From Escherichia coli (lineage in GTDB: Bacteria > Pseudomonadota > Gammaproteobacteria > Enterobacterales > Enterobacteriaceae): a DNA stretch of 64,000 bases. Location: the NCBI RefSeq assembly GCF_003334405.1, contig NZ_QOWM01000002.1, one strand, 5' to 3'. Positions 34,297 through 45,995 of the stretch are shown here, in pieces. The number at the start of each line of letters is the position of its first letter. Positions within the stretch are counted from its first letter, which is position 1. A program made the translations under genes and the position numbers. The notes under the pieces were generated by a model. That model ran no database searches. It worked only from the letters and a program-made list of their open reading frames with translations, and was not told the origin of the DNA.

Positions 34297-35006
34297 AAAT
34301 TGAATTAACGGTGAATGGGCTGAAGATACAGGCACAGTACCAGAACGAAGAGATTGAAAATGTACATAAACCGTTGCTGCACATGTTGGCGGCCTTACAG
34401 ACGGTAAATCCGCAGCGGCGTACGGTGGTTTTTCTTTGCGCTCCGCCGGGGACGGGTAAATCAACCCTAACCACCTTCTGGGAATATCTCGCGCAACAAG
34501 ACCCGGAACTGCCCGCTATTCAGACGCTCCCGATGGATGGTTTTCACCATTACAATAGCTGGCTGGATGCGCATCAATTGCGCCCCTTCAAAGGCGCACC
34601 AGAGACATTTGACGTTGCGAAACTGACGGAAAATCTGCGCCAGGTCGTGGAAGGGGATTGTACGTGGCCGCAGTACGATCGACAAAAGCATGATCCTGTT
34701 GAAGATGCGTTGCACGTTACCGCACCACTCGTCATCGTCGAAGGAAACTGGTTGTTACTGGATGATGAAAAGTGGCTGGAGTTGGCATCTTTCTGCGATT
34801 TTTCTATTTTTATTCATGCACCTGCTCAAATTCTGCGGGAGCGCTTGATTAGTCGTAAAATTGCGGGAGGATTAACGCGGCAAGTAGCCGAAGCATTTTA
34901 TGCCCGCACCGATGGCCCCAATGTCGAGCGTGTGCTGATGAATAGCCGTCAGGCCAATCTGATAGTAGAGATGACTGAAGAAGGCCGGTATCACTTCACA
35001 AGCTGA
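34293..35006 (+). CDS. yggC: P-loop NTPase / putative kinase YggC
   Basis: 237-aa ORF with Walker A CAPPGTGKST; GTGA overlap with yggD. Confidence 0.8.
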   Translation: MKIELTVNGLKIQAQYQNEEIENVHKPLLHMLAALQTVNPQRRTVVFLCAPPGTGKSTLTTFWEYLAQQDPELPAIQTLPMDGFHHYNSWLDAHQLRPFKGAPETFDVAKLTENLRQVVEGDCTWPQYDRQKHDPVEDALHVTAPLVIVEGNWLLLDDEKWLELASFCDFSIFIHAPAQILRERLISRKIAGGLTRQVAEAFYARTDGPNVERVLMNSRQANLIVEMTEEGRYHFTS

Positions 35007-35080
35007 CAATTTATTCCAGTTATTGTAGGGTTATTATTACGCCAGCCTGGAATAAAGCTTCCCACAAAAGGGGATAAAAG

Positions 35081-35096
35081 TGTGATGTGAGTCAGA
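35081..35096 (+). promoter_or_regulatory. Putative CRP site upstream of epd
   Basis: tgtgatgtgagtcaga partially matches TGTGA-N6-TCACA; located ~200 bp upstream of epd. Confidence 0.4.
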
Positions 35097-35290
35097 TAAA
35101 TGTCTTCTTCGGCTGGACAAACATTCCTTTTATTCCACGTTTCGCTTATCCTAGCTGAAGCGTTTCAGTCGATTAAATGTTCGACAATTAACCAATCAGT
35201 CGCAGTTTGCGACAGGTAAGGTTTCCCCGGACGATTTGCTGGATTACTCTGTCTGGCAAATTTGCTCAGGGAAAACCTTGCAGGAGATCT

Positions 35291-36310
35291 ATGACCGTAC
35301 GCGTAGCGATAAATGGCTTCGGTCGCATCGGGCGTAATGTGGTTCGTGCTTTGTATGAATCCGGACGCCGGGCGGAAATTACCGTGGTGGCAATCAACGA
35401 ACTGGCGGATGCTGCGGGCATGGCGCATTTGTTGAAATATGACACCAGCCATGGCCGTTTTGCATGGGAAGTACGACAGGAACGCGATCAACTTTTTGTT
35501 GGTGATGACGCCATCCGCGTATTGCATGAACGTTCACTGCAATCGCTCCCCTGGCGTGAACTTGGCGTTGATGTAGTCCTCGACTGCACCGGCGTATATG
35601 GCTCCCGCGAGCATGGCGAAGCGCATATTGCCGCCGGGGCCAAAAAAGTGCTCTTTTCACATCCTGGCAGTAACGATCTCGACGCGACCGTTGTTTACGG
35701 CGTCAATCAGGATCAACTTCGTGCGGAACACCGCATCGTTTCTAACGCTTCCTGTACCACGAATTGCATAATTCCCGTCATCAAATTGTTAGATGATGCG
35801 TACGGTATTGAGTCCGGCACTGTGACCACAATTCACTCCGCCATGCACGATCAACAGGTTATTGATGCATACCATCCTGACCTGCGTCGCACCCGGGCAG
35901 CCAGCCAGTCGATCATTCCGGTCGATACTAAACTGGCCGCCGGTATCACACGATTTTTTCCGCAATTTAACGATCGCTTTGAAGCGATTGCGGTACGTGT
36001 GCCAACCATAAATGTGACGGCAATCGATTTAAGCGTGACGGTGAAGAAACCTGTAAAAGCCAATGAAGTCAACCTGTTGCTGCAAAAAGCAGCACAAGGT
36101 GCATTTCATGGTATAGTTGACTATACGGAATTGCCGTTGGTCTCTGTAGATTTTAACCACGATCCGCACAGTGCCATTGTCGATGGCACCCAAACCCGGG
36201 TCAGTGGCGCACACCTGATCAAAACGTTGGTCTGGTGCGATAACGAATGGGGCTTTGCTAACCGAATGCTCGACACGACGTTAGCTATGGCTACTGTTGC
36301 TTTCAGGTAA
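35291..36310 (+). CDS. epd: Erythrose-4-phosphate dehydrogenase
   Basis: ORF 35207..36310; start trimmed to [17 protein letters not shown] (339 aa); GAPDH family. Confidence 0.95.
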
Positions 36311-36359
36311 GACGCAAGCAGCGTCTGCAAAACTTTTAGAATCAACGAGAGGATTCACC

Positions 36360-37523
36360 ATGTCTGTAATTAAGATGACCGATCTGGATCTTGCTGGGAA
36401 ACGTGTATTTATCCGTGCGGATCTGAACGTACCAGTAAAAGACGGGAAAGTAACCAGCGACGCGCGTATCCGTGCTTCTCTGCCGACCATCGAACTGGCC
36501 CTGAAACAAGGCGCAAAAGTGATGGTAACTTCCCACCTGGGTCGTCCTACCGAAGGCGAGTACAACGAAGAATTCTCTCTGCTGCCGGTTGTTAACTACC
36601 TGAAAGACAAACTGTCTAACCCGGTTCGTCTGGTTAAAGATTACCTCGACGGCGTTGACGTTGCTGAAGGTGAACTGGTTGTTCTGGAAAACGTTCGCTT
36701 CAACAAAGGCGAGAAGAAAGACGACGAAACCCTGTCCAAAAAATACGCTGCACTGTGTGACGTGTTCGTAATGGACGCATTCGGTACTGCTCACCGCGCG
36801 CAGGCTTCTACTCACGGTATCGGTAAATTCGCTGACGTTGCGTGCGCAGGCCCGCTGCTGGCAGCTGAACTGGACGCGCTGGGTAAAGCACTGAAAGAAC
36901 CTGCTCGCCCGATGGTGGCTATCGTTGGTGGTTCTAAAGTATCTACCAAACTGACCGTTCTGGACTCCCTGTCTAAAATCGCTGACCAGCTGATTGTTGG
37001 TGGTGGTATCGCTAACACCTTTATCGCGGCACAAGGCCACGATGTGGGTAAATCCCTGTACGAAGCTGACCTGGTTGACGAAGCTAAACGTCTGCTGACC
37101 ACCTGCAACATCCCGGTTCCGTCTGATGTTCGCGTAGCAACCGAGTTCTCTGAAACTGCACCGGCTACCCTGAAATCTGTTAACGATGTGAAAGCTGACG
37201 AGCAGATCCTGGATATCGGTGATGCTTCCGCTCAGGAACTGGCTGAAATCCTGAAGAATGCGAAAACCATTCTGTGGAACGGTCCGGTTGGCGTGTTCGA
37301 ATTCCCGAACTTCCGCAAAGGTACTGAAATCGTGGCTAACGCTATCGCAGACAGCGAAGCGTTCTCCATCGCTGGCGGCGGCGACACTCTGGCAGCAATC
37401 GACCTGTTCGGCATTGCTGACAAAATCTCCTACATCTCCACTGGCGGCGGCGCATTCCTCGAATTCGTGGAAGGTAAAGTACTGCCTGCAGTAGCGATGC
37501 TCGAAGAGCGCGCTAAGAAGTAA
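36360..37523 (+). CDS. pgk: Phosphoglycerate kinase
   Basis: ORF 36297..37523; start trimmed to [16 protein letters not shown] (387 aa). Confidence 0.95.
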
Positions 37524-37599
37524 AAAATCACAGGGCAGGGAAACCTGCCCTTGTTTCAGCGCGCTTTTAGAGCACGCAATTTTTCATACTCTAAATAAT

Positions 37600-37725
37600 T
37601 CGAGTTGCAGGAAGGCGACAAGAGAGTGAATCCCCAGGAGCTTACATAAGTAAGTGACTGGGGTGAGCGAACGCAGACGCAGCACATGCAACTTGAAGTA
37701 TGACGAGTATAAGGCCCGACGATAC
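37600..37725. repeat. ERIC / IRU intergenic repeat element
   Basis: gtgaatccccaggagcttacataagtaagtgactggggtgagcg matches the ERIC core (the sequences used for ERIC1R/ERIC2 primers). Confidence 0.8.
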
Positions 37726-37737
37726 AGGACAAGAGAC

Positions 37738-38817
37738 ATGTCTAAGATTTTTGATTTCGTAAAACCTGGCGTAATCACTGGTGATGACGTACAGAAAGTT
37801 TTCCAGGTAGCAAAAGAAAACAACTTCGCACTGCCAGCAGTAAACTGCGTCGGTACTGACTCCATCAACGCCGTACTGGAAACCGCTGCTAAAGTTAAAG
37901 CGCCGGTTATCGTTCAGTTCTCCAACGGTGGTGCTTCTTTTATCGCTGGTAAAGGCGTGAAATCTGACGTTCCGCAGGGTGCTGCTATCCTGGGCGCGAT
38001 CTCTGGTGCGCATCACGTTCACCAGATGGCTGAACATTATGGTGTTCCGGTTATCCTGCACACTGACCACTGCGCGAAGAAACTGCTGCCGTGGATCGAC
38101 GGTCTGTTGGACGCGGGTGAAAAACACTTCGCAGCTACCGGTAAGCCGCTGTTCTCTTCTCACATGATCGACCTGTCTGAAGAATCTCTGCAAGAGAACA
38201 TCGAAATCTGCTCTAAATACCTGGAGCGCATGTCCAAAATCGGCATGACTCTGGAAATCGAACTGGGTTGCACCGGTGGTGAAGAAGACGGCGTGGACAA
38301 CAGCCACATGGACGCTTCTGCACTGTACACCCAGCCGGAAGACGTTGATTACGCATACACCGAACTGAGCAAAATCAGCCCGCGTTTCACCATCGCAGCG
38401 TCCTTCGGTAACGTACACGGTGTTTACAAGCCGGGTAACGTGGTTCTGACTCCGACCATCCTGCGTGATTCTCAGGAATATGTTTCCAAGAAACACAACC
38501 TGCCGCACAACAGCCTGAACTTCGTATTCCACGGTGGTTCCGGTTCTACTGCTCAGGAAATCAAAGACTCCGTAAGCTACGGCGTAGTAAAAATGAACAT
38601 CGATACCGATACCCAATGGGCAACCTGGGAAGGCGTTCTGAACTACTACAAAGCGAACGAAGCTTATCTGCAGGGTCAGCTGGGTAACCCGAAAGGCGAA
38701 GATCAGCCGAACAAGAAATACTACGATCCGCGCGTATGGCTGCGTGCCGGTCAGACTTCGATGATCGCTCGTCTGGAGAAAGCATTCCAGGAACTGAACG
38801 CGATCGACGTTCTGTAA
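37738..38817 (+). CDS. fbaA: Fructose-bisphosphate aldolase class II
   Basis: ORF 37654..38817; start trimmed to MSKIFDFVKPGVITGDD (359 aa). Confidence 0.95.
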   Translation: MSKIFDFVKPGVITGDDVQKVFQVAKENNFALPAVNCVGTDSINAVLETAAKVKAPVIVQFSNGGASFIAGKGVKSDVPQGAAILGAISGAHHVHQMAEHYGVPVILHTDHCAKKLLPWIDGLLDAGEKHFAATGKPLFSSHMIDLSEESLQENIEICSKYLERMSKIGMTLEIELGCTGGEEDGVDNSHMDASALYTQPEDVDYAYTELSKISPRFTIAASFGNVHGVYKPGNVVLTPTILRDSQEYVSKKHNLPHNSLNFVFHGGSGSTAQEIKDSVSYGVVKMNIDTDTQWATWEGVLNYYKANEAYLQGQLGNPKGEDQPNKKYYDPRVWLRAGQTSMIARLEKAFQELNAIDVL

Positions 38818-38841
38818 GATATTCCTTTCTGCTTATCTCAA

Positions 38842-38868
38842 GGCCCGCTCTGCGGGTCTTTTTTTCGC
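38842..38868 (+). terminator. Rho-independent terminator after fbaA (copy 1)
   Basis: hairpin gcccgctctgcgggt followed by cttttttt. Confidence 0.75.
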
Positions 38869-38881
38869 CAAAAGCAAAATT

Positions 38882-38980
38882 GCCTGATGCGCTACGCTTA
38901 TCAGGCCTACACGTATCCTGCAATATATTGAATTTGCAGGTTTTTGTAGGCCGGATAAGGCGTTCACGCCGCATCCGGCA
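38882..38980. repeat. REP/BIME pair
   Basis: gcctgatgcgctacgcttatcaggcctac and gccggataaggcgttcacgccgcatccggc. Confidence 0.85.
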
Positions 38981-39009
38981 TGACAAAGCGCACATTGATA
39001 TCTGTCTGA

Positions 39010-39035
39010 GCCCCGCTCTGCGGGGATTTTTTCGC
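39010..39035 (+). terminator. Second terminator-like hairpin (copy 2) upstream of mscS
   Basis: gccccgctctgcggggatttttt, near-identical to the 38842..38868 terminator. Confidence 0.6.
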
Positions 39036-39174
39036 CAAAAGCAAGGTGATTCAGATGAGAAATCTGTGATCTATTTGGCAAAATTATGCTTTATTGTTTA
39101 CCCTTGTCAGACTGCCCGTCATAAGGCGGCGGAGTGTATTTCTCCATTTTGAGTCAGTTGAAAAGGAATATTGA

Positions 39175-40035
<861 letters not shown>

Positions 40036-40173
40036 TCAACGCTGAGGCCAGATAATACTCTCTGGCCTCTCTCTTATTAGTTTTTCTGATTGCCAATTAA
40101 TATTATCAATTTCCGCTAATAACAATCCCGCGATATAGTCTCTGCATCAGATACTTAATTCGGAATATCCAAC

Positions 40174-40809
40174 GTGTTTTCTTATTACTTTCAAGGTCTT
40201 GCACTTGGGGCGGCTATGATCCTACCGCTCGGTCCACAAAATGCTTTTGTGATGAATCAGGGCATACGTCGTCAGTACCACATTATGATTGCCTTACTTT
40301 GTGCTATCAGCGATTTGGTCCTGATTTGCGCCGGGATTTTTGGTGGCAGCGCGTTATTGATGCAGTCGCCGTGGTTGCTGGCGCTGGTCACCTGGGGCGG
40401 CGTAGCCTTCTTGCTGTGGTATGGTTTTGGCGCTTTTAAAACAGCAATGAGCAGTAATATTGAGTTAGCCAGCGCCGAAGTCATGAAGCAAGGCAGATGG
40501 AAAATTATCGCCACCATGTTGGCAGTGACCTGGCTGAATCCGCATGTTTACCTGGATACTTTTGTTGTACTGGGCAGCCTTGGCGGGCAACTTGATGTGG
40601 AACCAAAACGCTGGTTTGCACTCGGGACAATTAGCGCCTCTTTCCTGTGGTTCTTTGGTCTGGCTCTTCTCGCAGCCTGGCTGGCACCGCGTCTGCGCAC
40701 GGCAAAAGCACAGCGCATTATCAATCTGGTTGTGGGATGTGTTATGTGGTTTATTGCCTTGCAGCTGGCGAGAGACGGTATTGCTCATGCACAAGCCTTG
40801 TTCAGTTAG
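40174..40809 (+). CDS. argO: Arginine exporter (LysE family)
   Basis: 211-aa ORF from GTG start; recognised as ArgO/YggA. Confidence 0.9.
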   Translation: MFSYYFQGLALGAAMILPLGPQNAFVMNQGIRRQYHIMIALLCAISDLVLICAGIFGGSALLMQSPWLLALVTWGGVAFLLWYGFGAFKTAMSSNIELASAEVMKQGRWKIIATMLAVTWLNPHVYLDTFVVLGSLGGQLDVEPKRWFALGTISASFLWFFGLALLAAWLAPRLRTAKAQRIINLVVGCVMWFIALQLARDGIAHAQALFS

Positions 40810-40901
40810 GCGCTATCTGATGGAAAAATAAAACAGAGGCGCTAAGCTTGCCTCCAGAGGTCCTGAATTTTGGGCAAGTCAATTAACACGGAGAGACTAA
40901 C

Positions 40902-41642
40902 GTGAAGTTCAAAGTTATCGCCCTGGCGGCATTAATGGGTATTAGCGGGATGGCAGCGCAGGCTAACGAATTGCCGGATGGACCGCATATTGTCACCTCC
41001 GGTACGGCAAGCGTGGATGCGGTGCCAGACATTGCCACTCTTGCGATTGAAGTTAACGTGGCCGCGAAGGATGCCGCTACTGCCAAGAAACAGGCAGATG
41101 AGCGCGTCGCACAATACATTTCCTTCCTTGAACTCAATCAGATCGCGAAAAAAGATATCAGCTCAGCGAACTTACGCACCCAGCCAGATTATGATTATCA
41201 GGATGGTAAAAGTATCCTTAAAGGCTACCGCGCTGTGAGAACGGTGGAAGTCACGCTCCGTCAGTTAGACAAACTGAATTCCTTGCTGGATGGCGCGCTG
41301 AAGGCGGGTCTTAACGAAATTCGTTCTGTGTCGCTGGGCGTGGCGCAGCCGGATGCCTATAAAGACAAAGCGCGTAAGGCAGCGATTGATAACGCGATTC
41401 ATCAGGCGCAGGAACTGGCGAACGGCTTTCATCGTAAACTGGGGCCGGTATATAGCGTGCGCTACCATGTTTCCAACTATCAGCCCAGCCCAATGGTGCG
41501 GATGATGAAAGCCGATGCCGCGCCGGTGTCCGCCCAGGAAACTTACGAGCAGGCCGCTATTCAGTTTGATGATCAGGTCGATGTGGTCTTCCAGTTAGAA
41601 CCTGTGGATCAACAACCCGCTAAAACACCTGCAGCACAATAA
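40902..41642 (+). CDS. yggE: DUF541 (SIMPL) periplasmic oxidative-stress protein YggE
   Basis: 246-aa ORF from GTG start with signal peptide. Confidence 0.85.
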   Translation: MKFKVIALAALMGISGMAAQANELPDGPHIVTSGTASVDAVPDIATLAIEVNVAAKDAATAKKQADERVAQYISFLELNQIAKKDISSANLRTQPDYDYQDGKSILKGYRAVRTVEVTLRQLDKLNSLLDGALKAGLNEIRSVSLGVAQPDAYKDKARKAAIDNAIHQAQELANGFHRKLGPVYSVRYHVSNYQPSPMVRMMKADAAPVSAQETYEQAAIQFDDQVDVVFQLEPVDQQPAKTPAAQ

Positions 41643-41649
41643 TATTTGT

Positions 41650-41680
41650 AGCCCGACGTATTCGTCGGGCTAATGCCTTT
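41650..41680 (+). terminator. Putative terminator after yggE
   Basis: hairpin agcccgacgtattcgtcgggct followed by a weak T tract (aatgccttt). Confidence 0.45.
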
Positions 41681-41808
41681 ACCCGATATTGCCTCCTTTT
41701 TCTGTAATTTTCTGTAAAACCATGACGTAATCACCTATCTTTGCTCGCGGTTTCATCAAGGATAGGCTGACTGAAACGGTTAAGCGGACAAGGATGCGGG
41801 GGAGGGGG

Positions 41809-42705
41809 ATGGACATTTTTATTTCGAAAAAGATGCGCAATTTCATTTTATTAGCGCAAACCAATAATATTGCCCGGGCGGCAGAAAAAATCCATATGAC
41901 GGCTTCGCCATTTGGTAAAAGCATTGCCGCGCTGGAAGAACAAATTGGCTATACGCTATTTACCCGCAAAGATAATAATATCAGCCTCAATAAAGCCGGA
42001 CAGGAACTGTATCAAAAACTGTTCCCGGTTTATCAACGGCTTTCTGCGATTGATAATGAAATCCATAACTCAGGGCGTCGTTCACGAGAAATTGTGATTG
42101 GCATAGATAATACTTATCCGACAATTATTTTCGATCAGTTGATTAGTCTCGGAGATAAGTATGAAGGCGTGACCGCCCAGCCAGTTGAGTTCAGCGAAAA
42201 TGGCGTTATCGATAATCTTTTTGACCGCCAGTTAGATTTTATTATCTCCCCACAGCATGTATCTGCACGAGTTCAGGAACTGGAAAACCTGACTATCAGT
42301 GAACTACCACCGCTGCGATTAGGCTTTCTCGTTTCTCGCCGTTATGAAGAGCGACAAGAGCAAGAGCTGCTTCAGGAGCTGCCCTGGCTACAAATGCGCT
42401 TTCAGAACCGGGCCAACTTCGAAGCAATGATTGATGCGAATATGCGACCTTGTGGGATCAATCCAACCATTATTTATCGTCCCTACAGTTTTATGGCCAA
42501 AATCAGCGCCGTGGAGCGCGGACATTTTCTGACGGTGATCCCGCATTTTGCCTGGCGACTGGTGAATCCGGCAACGCTGAAATATTTTGATGCACCGCAC
42601 AGGCCGATGTATATGCAGGAATATCTTTATTCAATCAGAAATCATCGTTATACCGCCACGATGCTTCAGCATATTGCTGAAGATCGTGACGGGACGAGTC
42701 ATTAA
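41809..42705 (+). CDS. ygfI: LysR-family transcriptional regulator YgfI
   Basis: ORF 41794..42705; start trimmed to MDIFISKKMRNFILLAQTNN (298 aa); N-terminal HTH; AT-rich. Confidence 0.8.
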   Translation: MDIFISKKMRNFILLAQTNNIARAAEKIHMTASPFGKSIAALEEQIGYTLFTRKDNNISLNKAGQELYQKLFPVYQRLSAIDNEIHNSGRRSREIVIGIDNTYPTIIFDQLISLGDKYEGVTAQPVEFSENGVIDNLFDRQLDFIISPQHVSARVQELENLTISELPPLRLGFLVSRRYEERQEQELLQELPWLQMRFQNRANFEAMIDANMRPCGINPTIIYRPYSFMAKISAVERGHFLTVIPHFAWRLVNPATLKYFDAPHRPMYMQEYLYSIRNHRYTATMLQHIAEDRDGTSH

Positions 42706-44180
42706 CCCAGCATCGAGCCGGTTGCAATTAAATTACGGTGTAAGTCGAAGACGTGGCTAAGATCGTGGTGAATATGTCCGCCAGGCGCATTTTCCAGATA
42801 GCGATGCAGATAATCCCGATACATAGGATGTGCACAATTATCAATGATAGTGCGGGCGCGTTGAAGCGGGGAAAGACCGCGCAGATCGGCGATCCCTTGT
42901 TCGGTGATGATCACTTTGACGCTGTGTTCGCTGTGATCAACATGGCTGCACATTGGCACGACGGTTGAGATCTTGCCTTCTTTAGCAATCGACGGGGCCA
43001 TAAAGATCGACAGATACGCGTTGCGTTCAAAATCACCGCTGCCGCCGATGCCGTTCATCAGATCGACCCCGGCTACGTGTGTTGAGTTGGCATGCCCGTA
43101 AATATCAAACTCCAGGCCGACGTTCAGAGCGATGACGCCCAGACGACGGATGATTTCCGGGTTATTGGAAATCTCCTGCGGACGCAACACAATGCGGCTG
43201 GCAAAGTAATCCATATTGTCGTAAATCTTGCGCAGGGAATCGGCCGAGATTGTCAGGCTGGAGGCGCTGGCCCCGCTGATTTTGCCGGTTTCCAGTAAAT
43301 GCACCACCGATTCCTGTAGCACTTCCGAATACATCATAAACGGAGGAATTACCGGGTTTTCCCCCAGACGCGCCATTACCGCATTATTGATATTGCCCAC
43401 GCCACTTTGCAGCGGCAGAAATTCCGGCGGAATACGCCCATGCGCTATTTCCTGCAATAAGAACGTGACCACGTTATCGGCAATCTGCTGGCACATGGGA
43501 TTTTGCTTATCCAGCATATTACCGGCGTCGGGCAAGTTGGTTTCCACGACGGCGACAATCTTTTTCGGATCGATTTGCACATAGCGGGTACCGACGCGAT
43601 CCATTGCATGGAAGATCGACACGCTATTGCGCCGCGGTGGCGCGCCAGGAATCACAATATCCGCCAGTTCTGCAACGCGCGGATCGTGATAGTGATTGAG
43701 TTCAATGATCACTTTCTTCGCCCGCAGCAGCCAGGTCGGCGCATTACCGATCCCGCTGGTTAACCAGACTCGACCATCCGGTGCCAGTGCCGATGCTTCA
43801 ATGACGGCAACATCAATGTCGCCGAAGAAACCGTAATTGACCATTTGCGCCACTTCGCTCAAATGCAGGTCAACGAAACTCACCGCGCCCTGATTGATCT
43901 TTTTACGTAAACCGGACGATGTTTGATATGGCGCACGCCAGGAAACAGCATCGGCGTCAGAAAGTACATCGTCAGCGGCGGCGCTGATTGACGCACCCGT
44001 CAGAAGGCGAATTTGATACGGCTTTTTGGCCTCATGCTGTTCGTTAGCTCTGCGGGCAATCGCGGTGGGTAGGGCTTTCGGCGAACCCGCCGGGGTAAAG
44101 CCGCTAAATGCCACCATGTCGTTATGCTGGATAATTTCTGCCGCTTCATTGGCGGTCATCCTTGTCCACTGAGTTTCCAT
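42702..44180 (-). CDS. scpC: Propionyl-CoA:succinate CoA transferase
   Basis: 492-aa ORF recognised as ScpC/YgfH. Confidence 0.9.
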   Translation of the reverse strand: METQWTRMTANEAAEIIQHNDMVAFSGFTPAGSPKALPTAIARRANEQHEAKKPYQIRLLTGASISAAADDVLSDADAVSWRAPYQTSSGLRKKINQGAVSFVDLHLSEVAQMVNYGFFGDIDVAVIEASALAPDGRVWLTSGIGNAPTWLLRAKKVIIELNHYHDPRVAELADIVIPGAPPRRNSVSIFHAMDRVGTRYVQIDPKKIVAVVETNLPDAGNMLDKQNPMCQQIADNVVTFLLQEIAHGRIPPEFLPLQSGVGNINNAVMARLGENPVIPPFMMYSEVLQESVVHLLETGKISGASASSLTISADSLRKIYDNMDYFASRIVLRPQEISNNPEIIRRLGVIALNVGLEFDIYGHANSTHVAGVDLMNGIGGSGDFERNAYLSIFMAPSIAKEGKISTVVPMCSHVDHSEHSVKVIITEQGIADLRGLSPLQRARTIIDNCAHPMYRDYLHRYLENAPGGHIHHDLSHVFDLHRNLIATGSMLG

Positions 44181-44203
44181 TTTTACTCCTTCGTTCGCAG
44201 GGA

Positions 44204-44989
44204 TTAATGACCAACGAAATTAGGTTTACGTTTTTCGAGGAAAGCGTTCATCCCTTCCTGGTAATCTTCGCTGTCATACACCGCGCGGCGCATCCCCTGA
44301 ATACGTTCAAATTCATCGGAGTTCATGGTGTGTGCTTCGCCCAGTACACGCAGCTCTTCTTTGATAACGGCAATGGCTAACGGCGCTTTCTCAGAGATGT
44401 GGTGCGCCATTTGTAAGGTGAAATCTTCCAGTTCTTCCACTTCCACAACATGGTTGAGGATGCCGACAGCCAGCGCGCGCTGGGCGGTGATTGGCGAAGC
44501 GGTAAAAATCAGCTCTTTGACAATGTGGAAGCCCGCGTCGCGGGTCAGGTTGTGAATGCCGACCAGGTTATACGGGACGCCGAGGTTTACAGGCGTCATT
44601 GAGAAGGTTGAGGTACTGGCGGCGATGATCAGATCGGAACTCATGATCATTTCAAATGCGCCACCCCAAACACTACCTTCCACCATCGAAATGATCGGTT
44701 TCGGGAATTTTTGGATCATGCGGGTGATTTGACGCAATGGATCATCATAGGAGAGCGGATCGCGACCGCCAGACGGCAGTTCGTGAATATCGTGACCTGC
44801 GGAGAAGACTTTGGATCCACTCGGTGCGCGCAAAATGATACAGCGAATTTCCGGCCGGTTGAGATCGCTTAACGCCTGCATAAGATCATCAATAAAGACT
44901 TTACTTAAGGCATTAAGTTTTCGGCCATAGTTAAACTCAATGACCGCCACTTTGTTGATAGTGACAACGTTAACATACTGATAAGACAT
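44204..44989 (-). CDS. scpB: Methylmalonyl-CoA decarboxylase (crotonase family)
   Basis: ORF 44204..45031 minus; start trimmed to MSYQYVNVVTINKVAVIEF (261 aa). Confidence 0.9.
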   Translation of the reverse strand: MSYQYVNVVTINKVAVIEFNYGRKLNALSKVFIDDLMQALSDLNRPEIRCIILRAPSGSKVFSAGHDIHELPSGGRDPLSYDDPLRQITRMIQKFPKPIISMVEGSVWGGAFEMIMSSDLIIAASTSTFSMTPVNLGVPYNLVGIHNLTRDAGFHIVKELIFTASPITAQRALAVGILNHVVEVEELEDFTLQMAHHISEKAPLAIAVIKEELRVLGEAHTMNSDEFERIQGMRRAVYDSEDYQEGMNAFLEKRKPNFVGH

Positions 44990-44999
44990 AAAAATTCCT

Positions 45000-45995
45000 T
45001 TAATCAAAATATTGCGTCTGGATAAATTCACTGAGCTGCCGCAGGCCGGTGCGCGGTGAGAGCGTATTGTTTTTGACCGCTAAAAGCGTCTGGCGGTAAT
45101 AGCGATCGAAATCTTCATTCGCGAACAGGTGATTCAGTACTTCTTCTTCGGTCTGCTTACGCAGCCATTCCACCGATTGTTGTTGCCGCACTTGTTGTAA
45201 ACGACCACTGGCAGTTAGCGCGGTTTTGAAGTCGATGATGGCGTGCCAGATCTCATCGATTCCACGTTTTTCCAGTGCGCTACAAGTCAGAACCCGTGGC
45301 TGCCATTCGTCGTATTTACGTCGCAGAATATGCAGGGCACTCTCGTACATATGCCGGGCAATGGCGACATTGGTATGGTTATCGCCATCGTCTTTGTTGA
45401 TAACGATCAGATCAGCCACTTCCATCAGCCCTTTTTTAATGCCCTGCAGATCATCGCCGCCACCGGCAATTTGCAACGAGATAAAACAGTCCACCATGCG
45501 GGCGACTTCTGTTTCCGACTGCCCGACGCCAACCGTTTCGACAATCACTACGTCATAACCCGCTGCTTCGCATAACAGCATTAATTCCCGCGCTCGCTGA
45601 CTGGCACCGCCCAGATGACCGGAGGATGGTACCGGGCGAATAAACGCCGCTTCGGCACGCGCCAGGTCATTCATGCGGGTTTTATCCCCGAGAATGCTAC
45701 CGCCAGTGACCGGGCTGCTGGGATCGACCGCAATAACCGCGACCTTTAATCCCTCTCGAATCAACAACATGCCAAAGGCCTCAAGAAAGGTACTTTTCCC
45801 CGCGCCGGGGGTGCCGGTAACGCCCAGTCGCAGGGTGTTACCGCAGTACGGCATAATGGCATCAAGCAGCTGCGTACTTAGTGCCTGATGACGCGGGTGA
45901 CGGCTTTCCACCAGCGTCATGGCCTGGGCGAGTGTGGCACGCTCACCCTGACGTAAGCGGCGAATACTTTCTGCCAGCGTGGCTTCATTAATCAT
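45000..45995 (-). CDS. argK: MeaB-like G-protein chaperone for methylmalonyl-CoA mutase (ArgK/YgfD)
   Basis: 331-aa ORF with P-loop GTPGAGKST. Confidence 0.9.
   Translation of the reverse strand: MINEATLAESIRRLRQGERATLAQAMTLVESRHPRHQALSTQLLDAIMPYCGNTLRLGVTGTPGAGKSTFLEAFGMLLIREGLKVAVIAVDPSSPVTGGSILGDKTRMNDLARAEAAFIRPVPSSGHLGGASQRARELMLLCEAAGYDVVIVETVGVGQSETEVARMVDCFISLQIAGGGDDLQGIKKGLMEVADLIVINKDDGDNHTNVAIARHMYESALHILRRKYDEWQPRVLTCSALEKRGIDEIWHAIIDFKTALTASGRLQQVRQQQSVEWLRKQTEEEVLNHLFANEDFDRYYRQTLLAVKNNTLSPRTGLRQLSEFIQTQYFD

Noticed and set aside
35165-35527. 120-aa minus-strand ORF spanning the epd promoter and start
   Set aside because: It overlaps the well-supported epd start and upstream region, has no Shine-Dalgarno, and has a low-complexity translation. 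Likely spurious.
37642-38616. 324-aa minus-strand ORF antisense to fbaA
   Set aside because: Antisense artefact inside fbaA.
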